Below, in pieces: positions 50,040-59,054 of a stretch of 64,000 bases of DNA (positions within the stretch are counted from its first letter, which is position 1; the number at the start of each line of letters is the position of its first letter). A program made the translations under genes and the position numbers. The notes below the pieces were generated by a model, which ran no database searches, was not told the DNA's origin, and worked only from the letters and a program-made list of their open reading frames with translations. Source of the DNA: a virus; the IMG/VR virus record IMGVR_UViG_3300025108_000029, positions 13,151 through 77,150 of that record. One strand, written 5' to 3'.

Positions 50040-51587
50040 ATGGGAAACGGTAATCCAGTATCGGGGCATACGAATCATAACTTGACAGTAGCGACAGCAA
50101 CGAATGTTGACGGCTTAGGTGACGGCGACCATATCCTGTCACCCACACTCACCAACATGGTAGAGGGTATTCACGGTAATGGTGTTATCATGTATGATGA
50201 TACATCGGGTGGAGAAGGTGATAGAAACATTCCCGCAAATATACCCGGTGCTGTCAATTACGCAAGTGGAACTACTTTTACTGTTAAAGGGGGCTATGCT
50301 GTACTTGATGGTATCATGTATCAATTCGCAGGTGGTGTAGGTGCAACAACAACATACACCCTCAACACGAGTAGTGCAAGTGCGACTGGCTCGCCTACTG
50401 CTCTTACCAGTGGTAAAGAAGCATTAGTTGTAGTGTATGTTTCCGCTGATAATACTTCTACTGTTAAAAATATTTATTGGGAATTAGGAACTGCTATTAC
50501 TGCCGGTACAAACAGTTACCCTGCTACTCCCACAGGATTCCTTAACACACCTACCGCAACAGGTAGTAGTGCATTAGCAAACACTCAAACAGTTGTTCTC
50601 GCTGTATTGCGTGTAGTGTATGATGCAGGAGGTGATGACCTCAAATTATCAATCACAGAAGTAAATGATAAGCGGGTATTTGTTCGACCATCACCTATGT
50701 ACTTCTCACCTGTTACCAGTGGAGATGTAGCATCAACCGATGAACTGCTTGACCTTGACGCTTTTCACAGTGGGATAGGTAATGGTGCTTTAGGTGCATC
50801 ACGCTTTGGTGCAATGTGGCAATCATTCGGTGCGGCTGTGACAGGTGCTACTGTACCCGATGATAACAAAGACACATTATACTACAGCGGCACACACGCC
50901 GCACGATACACCCGTTCAGTTTTCAACCGTGTATTGACAAGTACAGCAACAAGTATCACACTTAAATCAACTGATGCGAATATCCTACTCTTGACCCCCA
51001 GTGGTAATGCTACTGTAACTACAAGTGGTTCATTCCCTGCTGGTTACATCATAGAAGTAAGAAACCTTCACGCAACCCGCACTGTTACTTTTGTTCGTAG
51101 CAGTAGTTACACTGTAAACGGTGGCACTCTTACGAGATTTATTTGCACTACGAGTCATGCTTCTACACCTGTATTTAGTGTACTATCCGATGATTCGGGC
51201 GGTGGTGGCACTGCCCCGGCTATTGAAGACAACAGTGGAACGCCTGTGTTTGCTTCGGGGATAACCAAAGCAGAAGTGCTGACACTACTCAATGTTGAAG
51301 ACGGTGCGGATGTGACTGATGCAACAAATGTCACTGCGGCGGGTGCGCTCATGGATAGTGAAGTTACCAACCTCGCCCAAGTCAAAGCATTCAACTCCGC
51401 CGACTACGCTACTGCGGCTCAAGGTGTTTTAGCCGCCGCCGCTTTGCCAGCCGGACAAGGTGGTGCTGAACCATACAACCCCGGCGCAGGTGCAGGTAAT
51501 TGGGCGGGCGGCCCTCCCCCCGATTTAGAGACAGCAATACAACGATTAGCGGCGCAACTCTTCACATTAGGAGGGCCGATACCATGA
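50040..51587 (+). CDS. Tail fibre-like protein
   Basis: Thr/Ala/Gly-rich; ADVTDATNVTAAGALMDSE motif; last gene of the structural arm. Confidence 0.6.
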   Translation: MGNGNPVSGHTNHNLTVATATNVDGLGDGDHILSPTLTNMVEGIHGNGVIMYDDTSGGEGDRNIPANIPGAVNYASGTTFTVKGGYAVLDGIMYQFAGGVGATTTYTLNTSSASATGSPTALTSGKEALVVVYVSADNTSTVKNIYWELGTAITAGTNSYPATPTGFLNTPTATGSSALANTQTVVLAVLRVVYDAGGDDLKLSITEVNDKRVFVRPSPMYFSPVTSGDVASTDELLDLDAFHSGIGNGALGASRFGAMWQSFGAAVTGATVPDDNKDTLYYSGTHAARYTRSVFNRVLTSTATSITLKSTDANILLLTPSGNATVTTSGSFPAGYIIEVRNLHATRTVTFVRSSSYTVNGGTLTRFICTTSHASTPVFSVLSDDSGGGGTAPAIEDNSGTPVFASGITKAEVLTLLNVEDGADVTDATNVTAAGALMDSEVTNLAQVKAFNSADYATAAQGVLAAAALPAGQGGAEPYNPGAGAGNWAGGPPPDLETAIQRLAAQLFTLGGPIP

Positions 51588-51652
51588 TGAGATGGACTAA
51601 GAAAGGGGATATGATATATGGGCGATTCAAAATAGAAGAAAGAAAATTATTT

Positions 51653-51838
51653 TCATTTACTTTCACTGTTATTTTTCTTAATTGCTGTGTCTTGCCAATA
51701 ATGACCGCATCGCCTACATTGTAGTAACAGGAAACGCTCACGCTCATCATCAAGGAATCGAGCCGATATGCGTCGGGCTATGTGCCAATGAGCGCAAGCC
51801 CTACACTTTACTTTTAACTTCTCTATTAGCCGCCCCAT
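51653..51838 (-). CDS. TFS/TFIIS-C-like zinc ribbon protein
   Basis: CRAC-x25-CRRCGHYW with an acidic DDE at the hairpin position. Start placed at MGRL after GAGG. Confidence 0.6.
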   Translation of the reverse strand: MGRLIEKLKVKCRACAHWHIARRISARFLDDERERFLLLQCRRCGHYWQDTAIKKNNSESK

Positions 51839-51913
51839 CGTAACAAGCCTCGCAAAAATCTCCATCAACAAGAACCTTACAAGGCTCATCGCAGAATACG
51901 CATATGTAAGTCG

Positions 51914-53416
51914 TCATTGAGGTGGCCTTCGTGCTATTATATCGTCAATACGGAGTATTGAATTAGTGACTTCACTGGCACTTAGTACTGCTTGACGAAC
52001 CAGTTCTGTAGGCTCATAAACACCAAGTTCCATCATATTACATACACCGCCGTTGTGTACATCCGGCCCGATTTCACGGTTGCCCTGTAGGATTTCGTGG
52101 CGAATAGCAAGTACGGTGTCGAGTGGGTCATGCCCCGCATTTTCGGCAATAGTGGCAGGAATGCACTCTAATGCGTCTGCAAAGGCTTCTATTGCCATCT
52201 GCGCTCTACCACCTATCTGTGCCGCATGTTGGCGTAGGTGAGCCGACATACGAGCGTATGCGTTTCCACCACCAACAACAAAGTTGCCGTTCTTTAACAC
52301 TAAAGAAACTACACCGAGTGCATCATCAAATCCACGCTCAACTTCTTCAAGCGTGTGAGATGTTGCACCCCTTAGCACGAGTGTTGCCTCATCGCTCTTG
52401 ACATCACCTTGAACGAAGAGATACCAAACATCGTTATGCTTCTGTCGCTCTACGATACATTCTGTGTGTCCTTCTACCTCTTCGGGTGTTTGATAGATAG
52501 TAGCACCTGTAACTCTACTCAATGAGCGAAGTGTTGATTCGGGTACTCTACGAGCAACCATAATGTTATGCTTCTTGAGGTGAGCGCATACATGGTCGTT
52601 GACGGCATCACGGACAAAAACAACACCACCTTTCGGTAATACTTTCACAAGTAATTTAGCCGTTGAGATGAGGTTTGCTTTACCCGACGATTTGTATGAT
52701 TGGAATGATTGAGCATCAAGTTGTACCTGTACATTGTCTTCACTCTTTTCATTCTCAAGCCCAGTATTCAACAACACTACATTCGAGTAAGCATCCTCGC
52801 CTTCAAGCACATAATCCTTGTTTACAATCGAACCTTCGTAAAGGTAGGAGTCATCAAGTGAACCGCCGGGGAATGAAACAACCTTGACGCTTTCAGCATC
52901 ACCGGCTTTTTCGACAGCGGCTACGCAAAGTTCAGCAACAGCATTAAGTGAGTTCTCAAGTGCTTTACCAGTGATAGCAGTTTTAGCCACCGATACCAGT
53001 ACATCACGCTTATCACTTGTCAGTGATATATTAGTGCGAAGGTATTCAATAGCCATTTGAGATGCCTCGTGATAACCACGACAAATTACATTAGGGTGCA
53101 ATCCCTTCTCAAACAGCGTTTCACTGTTACCAAGTAGTTGACCTGCAAGAATGACAGTACTCGTTGTACCGTCATAGCACAGGTTTTCTTGAGTCTTCGC
53201 TACTTCAACAATCATTTTACCACCGGGGTGTGATACATCAAGTTCACGCAGGATAGTAGCACCATCGTTTGTAACGATAACACCGCCTCCACCATCAACC
53301 ATCAGTTTATCCATTCCCATAGGGCCAAGCGTTGATTTGACGGTATCTGCTACCGTCTTTGCCGCCCGTATGTTGTGTATCTGTGCTTTACTTTTCGTAC
53401 TTTCAATCTCCGTCAT
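51914..53416 (-). CDS. Group II chaperonin (thermosome-like)
   Basis: [38 protein letters not shown] motifs; helical-protrusion lid region present. Confidence 0.95.
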   Translation of the reverse strand: MTEIESTKSKAQIHNIRAAKTVADTVKSTLGPMGMDKLMVDGGGGVIVTNDGATILRELDVSHPGGKMIVEVAKTQENLCYDGTTSTVILAGQLLGNSETLFEKGLHPNVICRGYHEASQMAIEYLRTNISLTSDKRDVLVSVAKTAITGKALENSLNAVAELCVAAVEKAGDAESVKVVSFPGGSLDDSYLYEGSIVNKDYVLEGEDAYSNVVLLNTGLENEKSEDNVQVQLDAQSFQSYKSSGKANLISTAKLLVKVLPKGGVVFVRDAVNDHVCAHLKKHNIMVARRVPESTLRSLSRVTGATIYQTPEEVEGHTECIVERQKHNDVWYLFVQGDVKSDEATLVLRGATSHTLEEVERGFDDALGVVSLVLKNGNFVVGGGNAYARMSAHLRQHAAQIGGRAQMAIEAFADALECIPATIAENAGHDPLDTVLAIRHEILQGNREIGPDVHNGGVCNMMELGVYEPTELVRQAVLSASEVTNSILRIDDIIARRPPQ

Positions 53417-53418
53417 AT

Positions 53419-54024
53419 CTACCATTCCACTTCTATTTTTACTATTTCGCCTGTATCTAATTGTCTTGATTTGATATAGCCTTCACTCTTTCCAAATTGA
53501 TACAAGTCGAATGTTAATTGAGCATCGCTAAGGCAGTATTTGGCTACCTCATCGAACTTACCTGCTCTCCATGCTAAGGGGGCATCCTCACTGTTCATAA
53601 GTTTATTGTCCTCTAAAGTGGTCTTTGTCAGCATTCCCAGTGTTGTTGATACCTTACCAACGGCAGTTGCCGCCTTCTGTACCAAGTGCTTCGTGTCAAT
53701 GACAGCATCGGCTTTACCGAGTATATCACCGGCTGTCCAACAGTCAAGTGCATCACGCAGTACAGGTAAATCGAATCCTTTGATGTTATGACCGATGACA
53801 ACGCCACCGCCAGCAACATGCTTTGCTAAGTCCTCGCCCAGTGTACGAGGGTGAAGTTCTTTCACTGTGGCATCAATGTCGAGTGACTTGTTACAATATA
53901 CCGTTCCATCGTTGCCGTTCCATGTAGCGACCACTGTAGGCTCAAAGGAGGCGGTCTTATCCCATCCTCCAATCTCCCACGAGTAATTACCTGTTTCAAT
54001 ATCTAATGCCATTATGTTACTCAT
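53419..54024 (-). CDS. DEDD/RNase H-like 3'-5' exonuclease
   Basis: [13 protein letters not shown] and YCLSD motifs. Confidence 0.85.
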   Translation of the reverse strand: MSNIMALDIETGNYSWEIGGWDKTASFEPTVVATWNGNDGTVYCNKSLDIDATVKELHPRTLGEDLAKHVAGGGVVIGHNIKGFDLPVLRDALDCWTAGDILGKADAVIDTKHLVQKAATAVGKVSTTLGMLTKTTLEDNKLMNSEDAPLAWRAGKFDEVAKYCLSDAQLTFDLYQFGKSEGYIKSRQLDTGEIVKIEVEW

Positions 54025-55430
54025 TTCTTAGCCACCTTATGTCTGTAGTAAACCCGCTTACCTTGTTTACGGTTTACAAATACCTTACTACTATAGTCTT
54101 TAAAGTGTCTTTGGGCTGTGCTTTTACTTACACCTGTATCAGCCATGTATGTATTCCATACGGCTGACTGTCTGCACCAACCATCGCCGTGACCTTCAAG
54201 TTCGTAACCTGCACATTGCTCGTATGCTTTCTGCATGTCACCAAGGATTTTACCTTCTTTGGCTTTGTTACCACCAATTTCAACTGAATCCTCAAGCCAA
54301 GAGATGAGGTTTTGAAACAAGTCAATCAGTATCTCGTGAGCCATATCTACATGCTCATCATTAATCTCCCATGACTCATCAAGTAGTGCCATGTGAAGTG
54401 AGATGATGCCAAGGTAGTTCTCAATACCGGGCGTGAATGATGCTACAATCTCCGACATAGATGGGTTCATGTCCATCAGTAAACCGTAGATGTCTTCGGA
54501 TGCTTGATACAATGCGGTGGTATAATTCAAACTTGGTTTGAACATATCCCACATATGACGCTGTACAATTTCTTCTCGCTCATCATCAGTCATTTCACCC
54601 CACTGTGTGAATGTTACTTCACTCATGTTGAGTAAGCGGTCACGAATACGCTTTTCTGTATTCTTGAAGTAATCGCAAATGTCATCCTTAGACAAATCGT
54701 TCTCTTCGGGCTTCTGCCAAAAAGTTCCAAGACGGGTAGTACTCACTTCTTGTCGCATACCCATGTCCCAGTGCGCCCAGTAAAGCAGGACACGCTGAAA
54801 AATACCCTTTGTTAATACATAATCCTTGACACCCTTCGGTGGATAAGTAGTAATCCAAAGAGACACTAAAGAATCACACTCAATTTTATTCCCCTTCATG
54901 TGCTTTACCAGTACATTGCTGTTGCTACCCACTGCGTTACACGCTGTCTGTAGATACAATACTGTTTCTTGGCTGTGTTTATTGGGGGTGAGAAGGATTG
55001 AACCTTCATCGAAATTGATAGCCTTGCGACCTGCGAGTAAACCCGGAACGGTTTCAAACTCACCCGTAGGTTTCATGTTTTCATCAAGCACTGCATTGGT
55101 AGAACCAATCAAACCTGCATCTGTACCCGAAGCAAACGAATCATAAGGTACTTCGATTTGTTCCATGATGTCACTAATGAAGTTCCATGCTATGGACTTA
55201 CCAGTACGAGAAGGTTGAATCCAAAATACATGCACACGAGGGTCAAGGTGAGAATCACCAGTAGGAATGCGAATGTAAGGTAGAGCCACTTGCCCTTGAA
55301 TGAAAAAGAAAGACAGTAAGCCCGGAATCTCATTCATCATCGAAGTTCGTGAAAAGTGGTGTAAATACCCTTCAAGAACAGGAAACTTTTGTACGGCCTT
55401 GTAATTTGATAATTGTGTCATGGTTTTCAT
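54021..55430 (-). CDS. AAA+ ATPase, MCM-like putative helicase with C-terminal wHTH
   Basis: Walker A PSRTGKS, GTDAGLIG (cf. MCM S.AGL), Walker B INFDE, arginine finger IFQR. Confidence 0.65.
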   Translation of the reverse strand: MKTMTQLSNYKAVQKFPVLEGYLHHFSRTSMMNEIPGLLSFFFIQGQVALPYIRIPTGDSHLDPRVHVFWIQPSRTGKSIAWNFISDIMEQIEVPYDSFASGTDAGLIGSTNAVLDENMKPTGEFETVPGLLAGRKAINFDEGSILLTPNKHSQETVLYLQTACNAVGSNSNVLVKHMKGNKIECDSLVSLWITTYPPKGVKDYVLTKGIFQRVLLYWAHWDMGMRQEVSTTRLGTFWQKPEENDLSKDDICDYFKNTEKRIRDRLLNMSEVTFTQWGEMTDDEREEIVQRHMWDMFKPSLNYTTALYQASEDIYGLLMDMNPSMSEIVASFTPGIENYLGIISLHMALLDESWEINDEHVDMAHEILIDLFQNLISWLEDSVEIGGNKAKEGKILGDMQKAYEQCAGYELEGHGDGWCRQSAVWNTYMADTGVSKSTAQRHFKDYSSKVFVNRKQGKRVYYRHKVAKK

Positions 55431-55447
55431 CTCTCATTTCTTTTAGT

Positions 55448-55458
55448 ATTTATATATG
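55448..55458 (-). promoter_or_regulatory. Possible TATA box upstream of the MCM-like gene
   Basis: ATATATAAATA on the minus strand in a short AT-rich intergenic gap, about 20-25 nt from the start codon. Confidence 0.4.
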
Positions 55459-55461
55459 ATT

Positions 55462-56157
55462 TTACCGTTTGACCTTTCTTTCTTGCTTTACAGGGTCTTC
55501 ACTTGTAAGTATTTTAATAAGTAATTTTCTTCTTACCTCGCCTAAGCCTTTGATTTGCTTAAGTGATTCGGGAAAGCACATTTCTTCTATGTTACCGCAT
55601 GATTCTAAGAGGCGTTCCGCTACTTCACGCCCTACACCCGGAACAGTCATTATCATGTCCAAGCGTAGGTCGTTACTCGCTACCCTACGGATTGATTGCG
55701 CCCCATGCTTACTCGCTGGCTTGTGTAACTTGTCATGTAATTTTACTACGAAAAGAGCCGCACTACTTACATCGGGTGTGAAGAAAACTTGGCATTCAAA
55801 ATCACTCATTATCCGAGCGATAGTACCAGTCAGTTCACTTTGCACCTTGGAGTAACTTACCTTCTTACCGTTGCGTTTAGCCATAGTAACATACTTTTCA
55901 ATTGAGCCGTGAATGACAAGAAAGAACCGTTCAAAGTTTGCATCCATGTTGTCAAGTTGTCTCCACAGGTGGCCGGAGTGTGACGACTGAAACAGGTCGG
56001 GAATACTTTTAGCCTCAACTAAAGCACCGCCTAATTGATAATCGCCTACCACCAATGTTTGTCTTACGACAGTAAGACCGGCCTTCTTCGCTTTACGCTC
56101 AATAGATTCACACAGTGAACCTCTTTCGTTGCTATCAATTATCAAGTCCGGCTTCAT
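55462..56157 (-). CDS. ERCC4 (XPF/Hef-like) nuclease with HhH motifs
   Basis: IIDSNE, GDY..VEAKS..DL; HhH motifs VPGVG and IKGLG. Confidence 0.9.
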   Translation of the reverse strand: MKPDLIIDSNERGSLCESIERKAKKAGLTVVRQTLVVGDYQLGGALVEAKSIPDLFQSSHSGHLWRQLDNMDANFERFFLVIHGSIEKYVTMAKRNGKKVSYSKVQSELTGTIARIMSDFECQVFFTPDVSSAALFVVKLHDKLHKPASKHGAQSIRRVASNDLRLDMIMTVPGVGREVAERLLESCGNIEEMCFPESLKQIKGLGEVRRKLLIKILTSEDPVKQERKVKR

Positions 56158-56437
56158 TTGCCAACCCCCATACCATGATGTCATAATGACCCGATACACC
56201 ACTTGATACCTTTTCACTACCTATTTTTACGAACTCTTTGTTACGACTTAGAATGTTACCTAAACGAGTCATACCCGGACACCACCGAGGCCATGTTCGA
56301 TGTAATGCTTGATGAATCTCAATAGTGTTCATTTCACATTCGTCTTGAAGTAATTTAACAACTCTTTTAATTGTGTTAATGTTGCGTCTTTTTTTAGGCT
56401 TAATTTTATCGTCATGTGCGTCGAATATGTTGCTCAT
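56135..56437 (-). CDS. Winged-helix DNA-binding protein
   Basis: MNT.EIH..L....P...RLGNIL.R...F pattern; SD GGAGTGA before ATG 56437. Confidence 0.55.
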   Translation of the reverse strand: MSNIFDAHDDKIKPKKRRNINTIKRVVKLLQDECEMNTIEIHQALHRTWPRWCPGMTRLGNILSRNKEFVKIGSEKVSSGVSGHYDIMVWGLANEAGLDN

Positions 56438-56441
56438 AATA

Positions 56442-57533
56442 TCACTCCATATCGCCGGTTTCATCGTAGTATTTACACTTACCCACACAGAAACCCTCTT
56501 GGTAAAGTGTAGCACAGGTAGCATGTGGATAACCAGCCATCACTATACTGCGTACTTGTTCTTCTGTCTTCTCTTGTCGGTAGTCAACCCATCCTTGACC
56601 GGATATAATTTTTGAAATCATACCTACATGCTTCTCTTTTTCTTCATTGGCTATGCGCCAAGCGGGAAAGAACATGCGAAGCCGGTCGGCTAAGTAAGAG
56701 GCAAGGTGAAACCTCGCCCTGTGAGTAGGATTACCGCCACCCATAGCCGCTTGAGATAGGCAGGGTAGCATGTGTAGGTCATCAAGTGATACAGTCGGTA
56801 TATCCACCGTCTTGATATGCCCCATTGTCATAATTTTACTTTGTATAACTTTTAATTTAACAGGTATATTACCTAAAGTAATGTAACCGTAATGCGGTTC
56901 TTGTCCTTTATTCATTAAATCATCATACGATAGATTGAGAAGGTCTTCACTGTTCAAAGGGAACGACCAAACTTCTCGCTTGGCGTTATACGAATTAGGT
57001 ATGCGTATCATACCACTTGTATCGAAGGCAACAGCGGGGTCGTTACACCTTAACCCTCCCAGTTTACTTTCCCATTCATTGATGAGTAGTTTACCGGAGT
57101 GCTTTATGCGTGAAAGTTCTGCACCATTTTTTGGCTCTATTGTTTCATCAAGCGGAATCCAAACATGAAAACCACCACCGCTGAACCAAACATAGTGTAG
57201 TATGTCTTTGTCCATCAACAAGCGATGTAGTTTTTTTACCTCACTATGTGGTATTTCAAACGGTAAGTCTCTACCTTTGTCCTTGAAATCCTTACAGTCA
57301 AAGTCCAGTACGAAGTGGTGTATTTTGGGTGTGTTGTAATCTACCCTGTGGTGCTTGGGTGCTTGGGTTTCATTGTAACCATAAGCGGTAAAGTAAACAT
57401 TACCACTCCCGTTCTTACCCGACCAGTAGCGTTCTAATTCGGAGGCATTTTTGACGAGTCTTCGCCAGCCACGCTCACCGCTACTCGGTAATTCAAGGAC
57501 TTCACGAGGGAAGTCTATGGGTAAGAAAGCCAC
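56442..57533 (-). CDS. Archaeo-eukaryotic primase, PriS catalytic domain fused to PriL C-terminal Fe-S domain
   Basis: LDFD, SGGGFHVW and D..GMIRIPNS, then LPC, H.AR..LASYL, C..L...C...C. Confidence 0.85.
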   Translation of the reverse strand: MAFLPIDFPREVLELPSSGERGWRRLVKNASELERYWSGKNGSGNVYFTAYGYNETQAPKHHRVDYNTPKIHHFVLDFDCKDFKDKGRDLPFEIPHSEVKKLHRLLMDKDILHYVWFSGGGFHVWIPLDETIEPKNGAELSRIKHSGKLLINEWESKLGGLRCNDPAVAFDTSGMIRIPNSYNAKREVWSFPLNSEDLLNLSYDDLMNKGQEPHYGYITLGNIPVKLKVIQSKIMTMGHIKTVDIPTVSLDDLHMLPCLSQAAMGGGNPTHRARFHLASYLADRLRMFFPAWRIANEEKEKHVGMISKIISGQGWVDYRQEKTEEQVRSIVMAGYPHATCATLYQEGFCVGKCKYYDETGDME

Positions 57534-57537
57534 TGTA

Positions 57538-57846
57538 TCACCGATGCTCGTGTAGATAAATGTCGAGGTCTTTCATCAAATCGTCTATCAAGTCGTTGAG
57601 ATTATCGGCTCGCATGTGTGATGGGTGTACAGTATAAGTAATCGTCTTAGGGTGTCTGTATTGAGCCTCACCGTCTATATCAGCGAACTCATCAAGAGTT
57701 GTCTGCCGTACAACATTACGCAAATACTTCTTACGACCTGCACCAGTTGACTTTTGTACTTTCACCACATAGTTGAAATTACCTACTTTTTCATTCATCA
57801 TTCTTTCTATTAACATTATTATTTCAATCATTCTTTTCATCCTCAT
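57538..57846 (-). CDS. Small protein with PIP-box-like motif
   Basis: Contains RQTTLDEF; start codon uncertain. Confidence 0.6.
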   Translation of the reverse strand: MRMKRMIEIIMLIERMMNEKVGNFNYVVKVQKSTGAGRKKYLRNVVRQTTLDEFADIDGEAQYRHPKTITYTVHPSHMRADNLNDLIDDLMKDLDIYLHEHR

Positions 57847-58865
57847 TTATTTTTTTCTTCATTTGTATTATCCAAATATGTGTCCATATCCCAAAACTCG
57901 CAATGGGCTTTGTAACTACACCAGTTGCATTTCAGTTTTTGTTCCTCTAAAGGTAAACCTTCTACCAGCCTACCCAAATACGGTGTGGGTGGAAACTCCA
58001 TGTTTATGTGTGCTTCAAGTAGACGCACCAATCCTTTCTCTATACTCTTAGATGAGTACTTACCACCTTTCTTGGTGTCTTCATAGAATACTGTAGGGCC
58101 ATCACCGCCGTTAATACCACCGCCGGGGAACTCCCAGCCCCAATGGGTGATAGGGAGGAACTCGTGATGGGGGCTGTGTTCAAGCATCATTTTGTAAAAC
58201 TGCATTTCTTTACGCATAGAGCCGGGTTTGCTCTTGTTATACTTACCAGTCTTCAACTCCATGAGAGCGAAGCCATCATCATCAGCGAACAGTCCATCTA
58301 TGAAACCGTTCATGTGAATAGGAATGTGTACACCATCTACTTCAACGAAGCGTGTGGCCTGTATGTTTGCTTCAATAGCGACAGGTCGCCACTGATTACC
58401 GTTGGTGATAACCAAGCGGTTGAATTGCCATTTCACCCACTGTGCTATTTGTTCATCCTCACCGAACTCATACGGTTCGGGAGGGGATGGTATAGCACTG
58501 TTGAACAACTTTTCAGCCTCAAGTAAATCACCTTCATCAATTAACTTTAACACTGATTTTTCTTGTTCGTCGGTGAAGTTACCCCAAAACCACTCCATCA
58601 TGTCGTGAACATTTAGCCCTCGTATATGGTGGTCCACTGTCTCTCCACGCAAACCCTTGAACTTCTCAAGGTAGTATTGCTGTGGACACCAGCCGAATGT
58701 GCCATAACTTGACTTGGTAACTCTTAGGATTTTACTTTCATCCTCATTCGGATTCCAAGCGTAGGTGCTACTCTTGTATGAGTCAGCCTCCAATTGGTTG
58801 CCGGTAGCCTCAAGGTAATCGTCTATGCGTGGGCGACTATCATCACCAGTAGGATTCCATCTCAT
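57843..58865 (-). CDS. Cas4/RecB-like PD-(D/E)XK exonuclease
   Basis: CPQQY, GFID, ELKTG, Q..FY and CNWC....C Fe-S ligands. Confidence 0.85.
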   Translation of the reverse strand: MRWNPTGDDSRPRIDDYLEATGNQLEADSYKSSTYAWNPNEDESKILRVTKSSYGTFGWCPQQYYLEKFKGLRGETVDHHIRGLNVHDMMEWFWGNFTDEQEKSVLKLIDEGDLLEAEKLFNSAIPSPPEPYEFGEDEQIAQWVKWQFNRLVITNGNQWRPVAIEANIQATRFVEVDGVHIPIHMNGFIDGLFADDDGFALMELKTGKYNKSKPGSMRKEMQFYKMMLEHSPHHEFLPITHWGWEFPGGGINGGDGPTVFYEDTKKGGKYSSKSIEKGLVRLLEAHINMEFPPTPYLGRLVEGLPLEEQKLKCNWCSYKAHCEFWDMDTYLDNTNEEKNK

Positions 58866-59050
58866 TCTTTCATCTCCATTTCAATCAATTTCTGCAAGTA
58901 CACGGCCAAGTCCATCGCTTCTTCTTGAGCATGGATGAGCCATTGAAGACGAGAGAGTGGTGCGGTTTCCATAGTGACCCCGTACTTCGCTTTGCCTACT
59001 TCTGCTCGCTGTGCAATTTTCTTGCATACTTCGTCTTCTATTCTGCTCAT
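58862..59050 (-). CDS. Small MazG/dNTP-pyrophosphohydrolase-like helical protein
   Basis: G.AKYG..M..W..HAQEEAMD..VY motif common in phages. Confidence 0.5.
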   Translation of the reverse strand: MSRIEDEVCKKIAQRAEVGKAKYGVTMETAPLSRLQWLIHAQEEAMDLAVYLQKLIEMEMKE

Positions 59051-59054
59051 TTTA

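Noticed and set aside
29063-51587. Diversity-generating retroelement acting on tail proteins
   Set aside because: No reverse transcriptase and no adenine-mismatched TR/VR repeat pair noticed.
51500-51724. Extra + strand ORF after the fibre gene
   Set aside because: Overlaps both the fibre gene and the convergent Zn-ribbon gene; no SD or recognisable motif.
57843-58865. CRISPR-Cas system suggested by the Cas4-like gene
   Set aside because: No repeat-spacer array or other cas genes seen; solo Cas4/RecB nucleases are common in viral replication modules.
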